Assembly (NCBI GenBank): GCA_036012755.1
Contig: DASCPX010000043.1
Location: forward strand, 52,884-116,883
Reading direction: 5' to 3'
Source: Myxococcota bacterium
GTDB taxonomy: Bacteria; Myxococcota_A; UBA796; CAJQPC01
DNA: 64,000 nucleotides
Shown here in pieces: positions 49,017-57,743 of the stretch. Both the position numbers and the translations under genes were made by a program. Below the pieces are notes generated by a model that saw only the letters and a program-made list of their open reading frames with translations, was not told the origin of the DNA and did no database searches. The stretch's first letter is position 1; every line of letters begins with the position of its first letter.

Positions 49017-51127
49017 TGCGCCGGCTGCTCCCGCTGCTCGGGCTCCTGCTCCCGCTCCCTGCCCTGGCCGCGGAGCCCCAGCGCGAGGTCTTCCGCACCT
49101 TCGGGACCCCGAGCGTGGTCGCGTTCTACGCCCTCGGCGCCCTGACCGTCGCCGCTTTCTGCTTCGGTCTCTACCGCCAGTACAGGAAGTACGCCCGGGG
49201 CCGCAGCGATGCGCGCCTCAGGCCCCTGGTACCCCGCCTGCTCGGAGCAGCCCGAGCGGTCCTCAGCCAGGAGACCGTGCGGCGTGGAGACCCCCTGGTG
49301 GGCGCCGCCCATGGGCTCGTCTTCTGGGGTTTTATTGTCCTCTTCATCGGGACGGGCATCATCGCTCTCGACGAGGACGGCATCCAGCTCATCCTCGGGC
49401 CAGAGGCCAAGATCCTGACGGGCACCTTCTACCTGGTGTTCTCCCTCGTCATGGACCTCGCGGGGGTCGCGCTCATCGCCGGGCTGCTCATGATGATGGT
49501 CCGCCGGGCGCGTTCCTCCTCGCCCAGGCTGGACTACACCCGGGTGGACTCGGCCCCCTCTGATCGCTCCAGCTACGCCAAGGGCGACGCGCTGTTTCTG
49601 TGGCTCCTGATGGGCATCGCCGTCACCGGCTTCCTCATCGAGGGCTCGCGCATCGCGGCGGACCAGCCCGAGAGCGCGCCCTGGTCATTCGCCGGCTACG
49701 GCCTGGCCAGCGTCAGCGGCAGCCTGCTGGCCTCTGAGGTGGCCTTCGCGGGCTTTTGGTGGGTCCACGTCCTCGCCGTCTTCGGCTTCATCGCCTACCT
49801 CCCCTACTCCAAGGCCACCCACATGCTCACCGACTGGGTGAGCCTGGCTTCCCGTGACGAGCGCGCCGGCATCCGCCTGCCCGAGCCCGCGGCGGATGGG
49901 TCACCGGGCATAGAGAAGCTCGAGGACTTCAGCTGGCGGCAGCTGTTGGCCTTCGACGCCTGCACGAAGTGCGGCCGCTGTCACGAGGCCTGCCCCGCTC
50001 GGAGCTCGAAGGCCCCGCTGTCACCAAGGGACCTGGTCCTCGACCTCCGCGAGGCCTCCAACCGGAGCTTCGGCATGACAGAGGTCTTCGGCTTCTCCAG
50101 GCAACCTCCAGGGGACCAGCCCCTGGTCGGGGGCTACATCTCGGCGGAGACCATCTGGTCCTGCACCACCTGTCGTGCCTGCGTCGAGGTCTGCCCGGTG
50201 GGCGTCGAGCACGTGGTCGACATCGTGCAGATGCGTCGTGCGCTGGTGGACCGGGGTGAAGTCAGCGACCTGCTCCAGGAGGCACTCCGGGGCCTCGACG
50301 AAAAAGGCAACTCCTTCGGGCTGTCACCGCGCAAGCGCACCGCCTGGACCAAGGCCCTGGACTTCAAGATCCCCGACGCGCTGAAGGCCGAGGTCGACTG
50401 GCTGTGGTTCGTCGGCGACTTCGCCTCCTACAACCCCGCCTGCCAGGAAGCGACCCGCTCCGTCGCGCGCGTGCTCCAGGCGGCTGGTCTGAGCTTCGGC
50501 ATCTTCTACAAGGTCGAGAAGTCCGCTGGAAACGACGTGCGCCGTGTGGGCGAGGAGGGCCTCTTCGAGGTGCTCGTCGAGGACAACGTGGCCAACATCG
50601 AGAAGGCCGGCGTGAAGAAGGTCTTCACCACCGACCCACACACGCTCAACGCCCTGAAGAACGAGTACCCCGACATGGGCGTCAGGGTGGCCCACTACAC
50701 GACGCTGTTGTTGGAGCTCGTCCGGTCCGGGGCCCTGTCCCTCGAGGGACTCCGTGACTCGCGGGTGACCTACCACGATCCCTGCTACCTGGGCCGCTAC
50801 AACGGGATCTACGACGATCCGCGCGAGCTCCTGGCAGCCTGCGGGGCCGAGCTCGTCGAGATGCCGCGAAACCGAGAGGACTCCTTCTGCTGCGGCGCCG
50901 GCGGAGGGCGGGTCTGGATGGCGGATCACGACAGCGTGGACGAGCGCCCCAGCGAAGACCGGATCAAGGAAGCCGTGGCCCTGGGGGTGGACACCTTCGT
51001 GGTGGCCTGCCCAAAGGACATGACCATGTACAACGACGCGGTGAAGACCACCGACAACGAGGACAACATAGTCGTCCGCGACATCATCGAGCTCGTCTCG
51101 GAGGCGCTGGGCGCGCCGACGGAGTAA
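49016..51127 (+). CDS. emo: ETF:menaquinone oxidoreductase-like membrane Fe-S protein (EMO/FadF-like)
   Basis: NarI-like TM domain with His residues; CTKCGRCHEACP, CTTCRACVEVCP, HDPCYLGR and CCGAGGG. Confidence 0.85.
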   Translation: MRRLLPLLGLLLPLPALAAEPQREVFRTFGTPSVVAFYALGALTVAAFCFGLYRQYRKYARGRSDARLRPLVPRLLGAARAVLSQETVRRGDPLVGAAHGLVFWGFIVLFIGTGIIALDEDGIQLILGPEAKILTGTFYLVFSLVMDLAGVALIAGLLMMMVRRARSSSPRLDYTRVDSAPSDRSSYAKGDALFLWLLMGIAVTGFLIEGSRIAADQPESAPWSFAGYGLASVSGSLLASEVAFAGFWWVHVLAVFGFIAYLPYSKATHMLTDWVSLASRDERAGIRLPEPAADGSPGIEKLEDFSWRQLLAFDACTKCGRCHEACPARSSKAPLSPRDLVLDLREASNRSFGMTEVFGFSRQPPGDQPLVGGYISAETIWSCTTCRACVEVCPVGVEHVVDIVQMRRALVDRGEVSDLLQEALRGLDEKGNSFGLSPRKRTAWTKALDFKIPDALKAEVDWLWFVGDFASYNPACQEATRSVARVLQAAGLSFGIFYKVEKSAGNDVRRVGEEGLFEVLVEDNVANIEKAGVKKVFTTDPHTLNALKNEYPDMGVRVAHYTTLLLELVRSGALSLEGLRDSRVTYHDPCYLGRYNGIYDDPRELLAACGAELVEMPRNREDSFCCGAGGGRVWMADHDSVDERPSEDRIKEAVALGVDTFVVACPKDMTMYNDAVKTTDNEDNIVVRDIIELVSEALGAPTE

Positions 51128-51162
51128 CCGAGTCCGGTGGCAACATTCGAACTGGAGTGACC

Positions 51163-51387
51163 ATGGCGGACCAGCTGCTCGACTGCAAGGGGCTCAACTG
51201 CCCCATGCCGATCATCAAGATGAGCAAGGCGATCAAGAAAATGGACAAGGGCCAGACGCTCGAAGTCCTCGCCACCGACCCGGCCTTCGAGGCAGATGTG
51301 TACGCCTGGGCCAAGCGCCTCAAGCACGAGGTCCTGGAGTTCGAAGAAGGCCCGCCGCTGCGGGTGCTGATCGCGAAGGGTCGCTGA
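51163..51387 (+). CDS. tusA: TusA-family sulfur carrier
   Basis: LDCKGLNCPMP and LATDP. Confidence 0.9.
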   Translation: MADQLLDCKGLNCPMPIIKMSKAIKKMDKGQTLEVLATDPAFEADVYAWAKRLKHEVLEFEEGPPLRVLIAKGR

Positions 51388-51409
51388 CCCCAAACCCTGC
51401 GAGGTTGTG

Positions 51410-52039
51410 ATGCACGAAGAACACGATGGACTCAGCCCAGAGCTCCAGCAGCTCATAGAGGCGACCGTCGCTCGCAAGGTCGAAGAGGCCCTGAGCGCCC
51501 GCACCGTCACGATCGAGGAGCGCATCACCGAGGTCATGGGGCGCCTCGACGCCCTCGAAGAGGACCAGCTGACCGACCGGGCCACCCTGGTGGTCTTCAG
51601 CGGGGACTTCGACCGCCTCTTCGCCTCGTTCATCATCGCCACCGGCGCCGCGGCGATGGGCATGGAGGTCTCGATGTTCTTCACCTTCTGGGGCCTGACC
51701 ACCCTGAAGAAGGAGACCATCTACAGCGGCAAGTCCCTGCCCGAACAGATGATCGGCATGATGCTGCCCTCCGGTCCCGAGACGGTGGGCACGTCTCGGC
51801 TGAACATGATGGGAATGGGCCCGCTGTTCTTCAAGTCCCTCATGAAGAAGCACAACGTCGAGACCCTGCCCTCGCTCATCGAGCAGGCCAAGGAGCTCGA
51901 GGTCCGCCTGGTGGCCTGCCAGATGTCGATGGGCATCATGGGGATCACGAAGGACGAGCTGATCGACGACATCGAGTACGGCGGCGTGGGTGCCTACCTC
52001 GGTGACGCCGGAGACTCCCGGCTCACCCTGTTCATATAG
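51410..52039 (+). CDS. DsrE/DrsE_2-family sulfur relay protein
   Basis: VFSGDFD, GAAAMG..VSMFFTFWG, ACQMSM and LFI C-terminus. Confidence 0.85.
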   Translation: MHEEHDGLSPELQQLIEATVARKVEEALSARTVTIEERITEVMGRLDALEEDQLTDRATLVVFSGDFDRLFASFIIATGAAAMGMEVSMFFTFWGLTTLKKETIYSGKSLPEQMIGMMLPSGPETVGTSRLNMMGMGPLFFKSLMKKHNVETLPSLIEQAKELEVRLVACQMSMGIMGITKDELIDDIEYGGVGAYLGDAGDSRLTLFI

Positions 52040-52045
52040 ACCCAC

Positions 52046-53047
52046 ATGCAATACGAACTTGACGAGCTGGAGTTCGATCCTGCGGTGCCCAGGTGGCTCG
52101 CAGAGGCCTTCGAGGTCCGTCGAGCCAACTTCGACAACCGGATCAGCTTCTACGCGCCGACGATCAAGTCCTACGAGACGGACGAGCTCAACAACTGTGG
52201 GAGCTGCTCGTTTCGGCCTGTCTCCGTCACCGGTCCTGCCTGCGCGCTGCAGTGCGACCACTGCAAGGCCCAGGTGCTGCGTTCGATGGCCTCTGCAACG
52301 ACCCCGGACAGACTCTGGGCGCTCGCCCGAGGCTATGCGCTGGAGGGCACCAGGGGTCTCCTGATCTCCGGCGGGTCGAACCTCGCCAACCAGGTCGCCC
52401 TGGACCGCTTCTTCCCGGTGATGCAGCGCATCCGCACAGAGCTGGGCATGAAGATCCTCGTGCACGTGGCCTTTGTCGACCAATCCCAGGCGCAGGGGCT
52501 CGCGGAGGTCGGGGTGGACTCGGTCATGCTGGACGTCATCGGCACCGACGAGACCATCGAGGATGTCTACCACCTGCCCTGGGCCTCCACCGCAGACTAC
52601 GAGCGCACTCTCCGAAACCTCGTGGACGCAGGCCTGCCCATCTCCCCCCACGTGGTCATCGGCCTTCACTACGGCAAGATCCTGGGCGAGATCAGGGCCT
52701 TGGAGATGCTCGCGCGCTTCGAAGAGGCCATCAGCTCCCTCGTGCTGGTGGGGCTCCAGCCGCTGCCGGGAACGCCCATGGCGGACTGCACTCCACCCTC
52801 GCCCGAGCAGATGGGAGAGATCTTCCGGGCCGCGAGGGTGATGTTCCGGCGCACGAATGTCCTCTTGGGCTGCGAGCGCCCCTACGGCGACCACAAGCTC
52901 AGGACCGACGAGCTGGCGGTCAAGGCTGGGCTGAACGGGATCGCCTACCCAGCCCAGGGCATCATCGCCCTGGCGCATGCCCTGGAGTTGCGGATCGAGG
53001 TGTCGGGGATGTGCTGCTCGCTCGACTTCCAGGGCCAGTCGGCGTGA
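52046..53047 (+). CDS. lipS1: Radical SAM lipoyl synthase LipS1-like
   Basis: CALQCDHC, LISGG, PHVVIGL, LGCERP and C-terminal CC. Confidence 0.8.
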   Translation: MQYELDELEFDPAVPRWLAEAFEVRRANFDNRISFYAPTIKSYETDELNNCGSCSFRPVSVTGPACALQCDHCKAQVLRSMASATTPDRLWALARGYALEGTRGLLISGGSNLANQVALDRFFPVMQRIRTELGMKILVHVAFVDQSQAQGLAEVGVDSVMLDVIGTDETIEDVYHLPWASTADYERTLRNLVDAGLPISPHVVIGLHYGKILGEIRALEMLARFEEAISSLVLVGLQPLPGTPMADCTPPSPEQMGEIFRAARVMFRRTNVLLGCERPYGDHKLRTDELAVKAGLNGIAYPAQGIIALAHALELRIEVSGMCCSLDFQGQSA

Positions 53048-54636
53048 AGTGGCGCGTGCTCGACACGGGCCCCAGGTCCGCGGCAGACAACATGGCCCTG
53101 GACAGGGCCATGTTGGACGCTCGCAGCCGGGGCGAGGTGCCCAACACCCTGCGCTTCCTCCAGTTCTCGCCAGCGGCGGTGCTCGTCGGCCACCACCAGG
53201 CGGTCTCCCAGGAGGTCCGTATCGACTACTGCGAGCGCCACGGGGTCGACATCAACCGCCGGCTCACCGGCGGGGGCGCCATCTACTTCGATCCCACACA
53301 GATCGGCTGGGAGATCATCGCCGACAGGCGGGACTTCGGGCGACTGCGCATGGACCAGCTCACGGCTCTGATCTGCGAGGCCGCTGCTGCTGGGCTGCGG
53401 ACCCTGGGGGTGAAGGCTGAGTTCCGACCCCGCAACGACATCGAGGTCGAAGGGAAGAAGATCTCCGGGACCGGTGGCACCTTCGAAGGCGACATCTTCC
53501 TGTTCCAGGGGACCGTCCTCACCGACTTCGACATCGAGGCGATGCTGTTGGCCCTGAAGGTCCCCACAGAGAAGCTCACCCCGAAGGGGCTGGAGACCGC
53601 CAGAGATCGTGTCACATGTCTCCGGGACCTGCTGGAAGAGACGCCGAGCGCGGAGATGGTCCGCCAGGCGCTGATCGACTCCTTCGCAAGAGCCTTCGAC
53701 GCGGAACTCGTGCCCGGAGAGCTCACCCCGGCGGAGCTGGAGATCTACGAAGAGGTCCGCGAGGAGTTCGGAGACGACGAGTGGGTCCACGCGGTGGAGG
53801 CGCCACCTGACGGGCGGCAGCTCTACCGGGCGATCCACAAGCGCCCCGGGGGCCTGCTGCGGGTCCACGCGACGGTGGACGTGGACCGCTCGATCCTGAG
53901 GCAGATCCTCATCACCGGTGACTTCTTCCTCAGCCCCAGCCGCTTCGTCTTCGACCTCGAAGCCCACCTGAGAGACAGCCCCTTCCCACAGGTGAAGGCG
54001 AAGCTCTCCAGCTTCTTCGAGCGACACCGCCCCGAGCTGGTCGGGCTCACCCCAGACGACTTCTGGCAAGCGATCAGGCTGACCCTGGAGAAGACCCGCT
54101 ACTCGGAGATGGGCATCTCCCAGCGGGACGCCAGCGCCGTCTATCCGATCAACATCCCCAGCGACAAGACTGTGCGTGATGTGCTCTGCGACGCGACCGT
54201 TCTCTTGTTGCCGTACTGCGCCAAGCTGCCGGACTGCGAGTTCCGCTTTCGCCAGGGCTGTGACGAGTGCGGCATGTGCACAATCGGCGACGCCTACCGC
54301 CTGGCCAGGAACAAGGGCCTCGAGGCGGTCACCATCGTGAAGTTCGAGCACCTCGAGGACACGCTGGCTCGCATGAAACAGCAGGGTGTGCGCTCCTACA
54401 TCGGCTGCGCCTGCGAGGCCTTCGTGGTCAAGCGGCACGAGGCCTTCCGCAGCGCCGGACTTCCCGGGGTCATCCTCGATATCGCCGGAAAGACCTGCTA
54501 CCAGCTCGGACAGGAGGGGCAGGCCTACGAAGGCACCTTCGAGGCGATGGCCGACCTGCATGTCCCGCTGTTGGAAGCAGCCGTCGGACAGGTCCGGGGA
54601 CCGCGCGTCGGACCCACACCCGGCCGGGACGAGTAG
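53044..54636 (+). CDS. Lipoate:protein ligase sLpl(AB)-like with C-terminal Cys-rich (DUF116-like) domain
   Basis: NMALD, RRLTGGGAIY, NDIEVEGKKISG and ITGDFF; C-terminal LPYC..CDECGMC..GCAC. Confidence 0.85.
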   Translation: MKWRVLDTGPRSAADNMALDRAMLDARSRGEVPNTLRFLQFSPAAVLVGHHQAVSQEVRIDYCERHGVDINRRLTGGGAIYFDPTQIGWEIIADRRDFGRLRMDQLTALICEAAAAGLRTLGVKAEFRPRNDIEVEGKKISGTGGTFEGDIFLFQGTVLTDFDIEAMLLALKVPTEKLTPKGLETARDRVTCLRDLLEETPSAEMVRQALIDSFARAFDAELVPGELTPAELEIYEEVREEFGDDEWVHAVEAPPDGRQLYRAIHKRPGGLLRVHATVDVDRSILRQILITGDFFLSPSRFVFDLEAHLRDSPFPQVKAKLSSFFERHRPELVGLTPDDFWQAIRLTLEKTRYSEMGISQRDASAVYPINIPSDKTVRDVLCDATVLLLPYCAKLPDCEFRFRQGCDECGMCTIGDAYRLARNKGLEAVTIVKFEHLEDTLARMKQQGVRSYIGCACEAFVVKRHEAFRSAGLPGVILDIAGKTCYQLGQEGQAYEGTFEAMADLHVPLLEAAVGQVRGPRVGPTPGRDE

Positions 54637-55728
54637 ATGGCAGCGCTCCACTGTGACGTCCTGGTGGTCGGCGCGGGGCCAGCTGGCAGCTCGGCGGCCA
54701 GGGCCGCGGCGGCGGCGGGGGCCTCTGTCATCTTCATCGAGAAGAGGGCCAGGATCGGAGCCCCGGTGCAGTGTGCGGAGTGGGTACCCAGGTCGATCCT
54801 GAGCCGCCTGCCCCGCTCCGCCCGGGTCGTCGTCCAGGACATCAGGGCAATGCGCTCACACCTGCCCGGTCAGCCCCCGGTCGTGACCCCCGCGCCCGGC
54901 GCCATCATCGACAGGGGGCGCTTCGACCGGGCCCTGGCCGAGGCGGCGTGTGCGGCTGGGGCGAGGCTCCTGGCCGGGACCCGGGCCGTGGCCCTGTCGG
55001 ACCGGACGCTGGTGGTGGAACGAGCTGGAGAGCGCAGCGGCATCCTCGCCAGGACGCTGATCGCCGCAGACGGCCCCCGCTCGCGCATGAGGGCCTGGAC
55101 CGGGGGCGGCCAGCCCCGCTTCGTCCAGGCCCTGCAGCACCGGATGCCGCTGGTCGCGCCGCTGCACACCACCGAGTGCTTCCTCCGGCGCAGCATCCCG
55201 GGCGGCTATGGCTGGGTCTTCCCGAGGGGCCCCGTGGCCAACGTCGGTGTCGGCGTCGACCCGGCCCTCGGCGTGCGGGCCCTGGACGCCCACCGTGTCT
55301 TCGTCCAGGAGCTCCTGGGGCTCGGTGTGGTGCACGAGCAGGTCCTGGAGCGCACCGGTGGTGTCCTCCCCGTGAGCGGGCTGTTGGCCCTGCGGCGGGG
55401 GCGCGTCCTCTTCGCTGGAGACGCCGCGGGCCAGTGCCACCCCATCACCGGAGCCGGCATCGCCAGCGCGCTCATCTGTGGAGAGCTCGCTGGAGCCGCC
55501 GCGGCCGAGGCCGCCCTCCAGGGGGACCTCGGCGCCCTGGACGAGTACGTCGAAGAGGTCACCGAGCTGCTCGGTCCCAGCCTGGACCTGGGGGTCGCCC
55601 GTCGAGCCCTCCAGCTGGCCACGTGGGGAGACCCGGAGCGGTGGGCTGCGACCCTGCGCCGGAGCTGGGTGGCCTTCGACGACTACCACCGACGACCCCG
55701 CATGGAGACGACCCAATGTCCGGCCTAG
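54637..55728 (+). CDS. lipT: FAD-dependent geranylgeranyl-reductase-like protein (LipT-like)
   Basis: VGAGPAG, QCAE, GYGWVFP and GDAAG..P.TGAGI; lies between the ligase and lipS2. Confidence 0.75.
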   Translation: MAALHCDVLVVGAGPAGSSAARAAAAAGASVIFIEKRARIGAPVQCAEWVPRSILSRLPRSARVVVQDIRAMRSHLPGQPPVVTPAPGAIIDRGRFDRALAEAACAAGARLLAGTRAVALSDRTLVVERAGERSGILARTLIAADGPRSRMRAWTGGGQPRFVQALQHRMPLVAPLHTTECFLRRSIPGGYGWVFPRGPVANVGVGVDPALGVRALDAHRVFVQELLGLGVVHEQVLERTGGVLPVSGLLALRRGRVLFAGDAAGQCHPITGAGIASALICGELAGAAAAEAALQGDLGALDEYVEEVTELLGPSLDLGVARRALQLATWGDPERWAATLRRSWVAFDDYHRRPRMETTQCPA

Positions 55729-56837
55729 CCCGCCGACAGAGCCCCGAGTACGTCCAGATGAGCCTGGCCGCGGCGATGGTCCTGGGGCTCCGCCCGGGCC
55801 GCTTCATGCGGGATGGCCGCACGCGCTGCCTGAACCTGCTGCTGACCTATGACGCGGGCTGCGCCGCCAACTGCGCCTACTGCGGGCTGGCCCGGGACCG
55901 ACAGGGCTCGAGCTTCATCCGGGTGGAGTGGCCATCGGTGCCGATGGCAGAGGTCATCGAGCGCTCGAAGGGGCGCCCGCTCGAACGCATGTGCATCTCG
56001 ATGATCACCCACCGGCGCGCCCAGCGGGACACGGAGGCGCTGCTGACCAGCTGGAAGAGAGAGGACGCCCTCCGCGAGGTCCCCGTGTCGATCCTCTCCA
56101 ACCCCAGCACGATGAGCCGCGAGGATCTCGTGGCCCTCCGCGAGCTGGGCGCCGAGCGCTTCACGGTGGCGCTCGACGCCGTGACCCCAGAGCTCTTCGA
56201 CTCGACCAGGGGGCGCGGGGTGCTCAGCCCCAACCGCTGGGAGCGCTACTGGCAGGTCTACGAAGAGGCCGTCGAGGTCTTCGGGCGTGGCGCCGTCGGC
56301 GTGCACCTGATCTGCGGCCTGGGCGAGACCGAAGGGCAGATGGTCGAGACCATGTTCCGGGCCCGGGCGCTGGGGGAGTACGGCTGCCTGCAGCTCTTCG
56401 CCTTCAACCCAGAGGACGGCTCCCGGCTGGGAGACCGACAGCGGGTCCCCCTCGGTCAGTTCCGCCGGGTCCAGCTCGCCAGGTACCTGATCGACGCCGG
56501 GCTCGTCCGCGACGGGGACCTCGACACCGACGACCGTGGTCGGATCGTGGACTTCGGCCTCGACCAGGCGGAGCTGGACCGCCTCATCGACACCGGGCTC
56601 CCCTTCCGGACCAGCGGCTGCCCAGGGAGGGAGTGCGAGGTCTCCGCCTGTAATCGTCCCTTCGGCGACGGCCCCCCGACCGACTTCTCCAGCTTCCCCT
56701 TTCCGCTGGACCGCTGGGACGTGGACAACGTGCGCGTCCAGCTTCGGGACTACGAAGGCGCCATTCGCCGCGAAGACCTGGCGGCCCGCACCCTCGCCGA
56801 GATCGAGCGGGCCTCTGCCCTGCCTTGCCGCTCTTGA
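55716..56837 (+). CDS. lipS2: Radical SAM lipoyl synthase LipS2-like
   Basis: CAANCAYC, HLICGLGETE and FRTSGCPG...CNRP. Confidence 0.8.
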   Translation: MSGLARRQSPEYVQMSLAAAMVLGLRPGRFMRDGRTRCLNLLLTYDAGCAANCAYCGLARDRQGSSFIRVEWPSVPMAEVIERSKGRPLERMCISMITHRRAQRDTEALLTSWKREDALREVPVSILSNPSTMSREDLVALRELGAERFTVALDAVTPELFDSTRGRGVLSPNRWERYWQVYEEAVEVFGRGAVGVHLICGLGETEGQMVETMFRARALGEYGCLQLFAFNPEDGSRLGDRQRVPLGQFRRVQLARYLIDAGLVRDGDLDTDDRGRIVDFGLDQAELDRLIDTGLPFRTSGCPGRECEVSACNRPFGDGPPTDFSSFPFPLDRWDVDNVRVQLRDYEGAIRREDLAARTLAEIERASALPCRS

Positions 56838-56843
56838 GGCCCC

Positions 56844-57743
56844 TCAGGCTGCGGCGGCCATCACGGCGAGCTGAGCGCGTGTGTGGGAGACGCGGGTGGC
56901 CCACCCGGCCCCACCGGGCAGTGACTCGAGCCGCCCCTGTCGCAGCTCCAGAGCGACGTCGAGATCCGCCAGCAGCAGCCCCAGCGCGCCATGGCGGACA
57001 GCCGTGTGCAGGAGGTTCTCGATCAGCTGGGGGCGCCGACCGAAGCCGCGTGGCAGGTCCCGAGCGCGTCCGGCCGCGGTGATGCTGGCGGGGGTCAGCC
57101 AGACCCCGGAGCGGGCAGGGCTCGCCAGCCAGTCCGCGACCTGCGCCAGGCCCGTTCCGCTGTCGGCGAGCAGCTCCTCGGCGAGGGGGAGCGCTAGGGT
57201 CGGGGGGCCCTGGAGCTGCGAGCTGGTCAGCTCCAACAGCATGCCGGCGGCGGCGGCGTAGATCCCCTCGTCGAGCTCCTGGAGCGCGACCACGAGAGGG
57301 GGCAGCCAGGCGGCGAGGTGCTCGCGCATGAAGGCCCGAGCCAGCCGCTGCAAGCGCGCAGCCTCGTCGGGGGCGCCGGAATGCCAGGCATCCGCCTCGG
57401 CGCCGCTGAGCCAGCTGAGGAAGGCCAGCTGTCCGGCGAGGTGGTCCGGCTCGGTCTCGGGCCGGAAGCCCGCCTCGCCCATGCAGTCCCAGAGCGACAG
57501 GGTCGTCTCACCCCCCAGGACCCGCTCCGGGCTGAGGAAGACGCTCTCGTAGGGAAGGACCTCGATGCTGAACAGGCGATGGAAGCGGACCTCGTCCTGC
57601 TCGTCGGGACGCTCGGGTACGAAGGCACGGAAGGCCTCGACGGCCCGCAGGTGCTCGGCGCGGCGTATGCCCTCTCCGAACAGCGAAGCCAGCAGATCGT
57701 AGGCCCGGCAGCGCGCGAGCGCTCGGGTGCCATCAGCGTCCAA
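56844..57743 (-). CDS. TorD/DmsD family molybdoenzyme chaperone
   Basis: PYESVF, EPDHL...LAFL and F..HL..W. Confidence 0.85.
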   Translation of the reverse strand: MDADGTRALARCRAYDLLASLFGEGIRRAEHLRAVEAFRAFVPERPDEQDEVRFHRLFSIEVLPYESVFLSPERVLGGETTLSLWDCMGEAGFRPETEPDHLAGQLAFLSWLSGAEADAWHSGAPDEAARLQRLARAFMREHLAAWLPPLVVALQELDEGIYAAAAGMLLELTSSQLQGPPTLALPLAEELLADSGTGLAQVADWLASPARSGVWLTPASITAAGRARDLPRGFGRRPQLIENLLHTAVRHGALGLLLADLDVALELRQGRLESLPGGAGWATRVSHTRAQLAVMAAAA

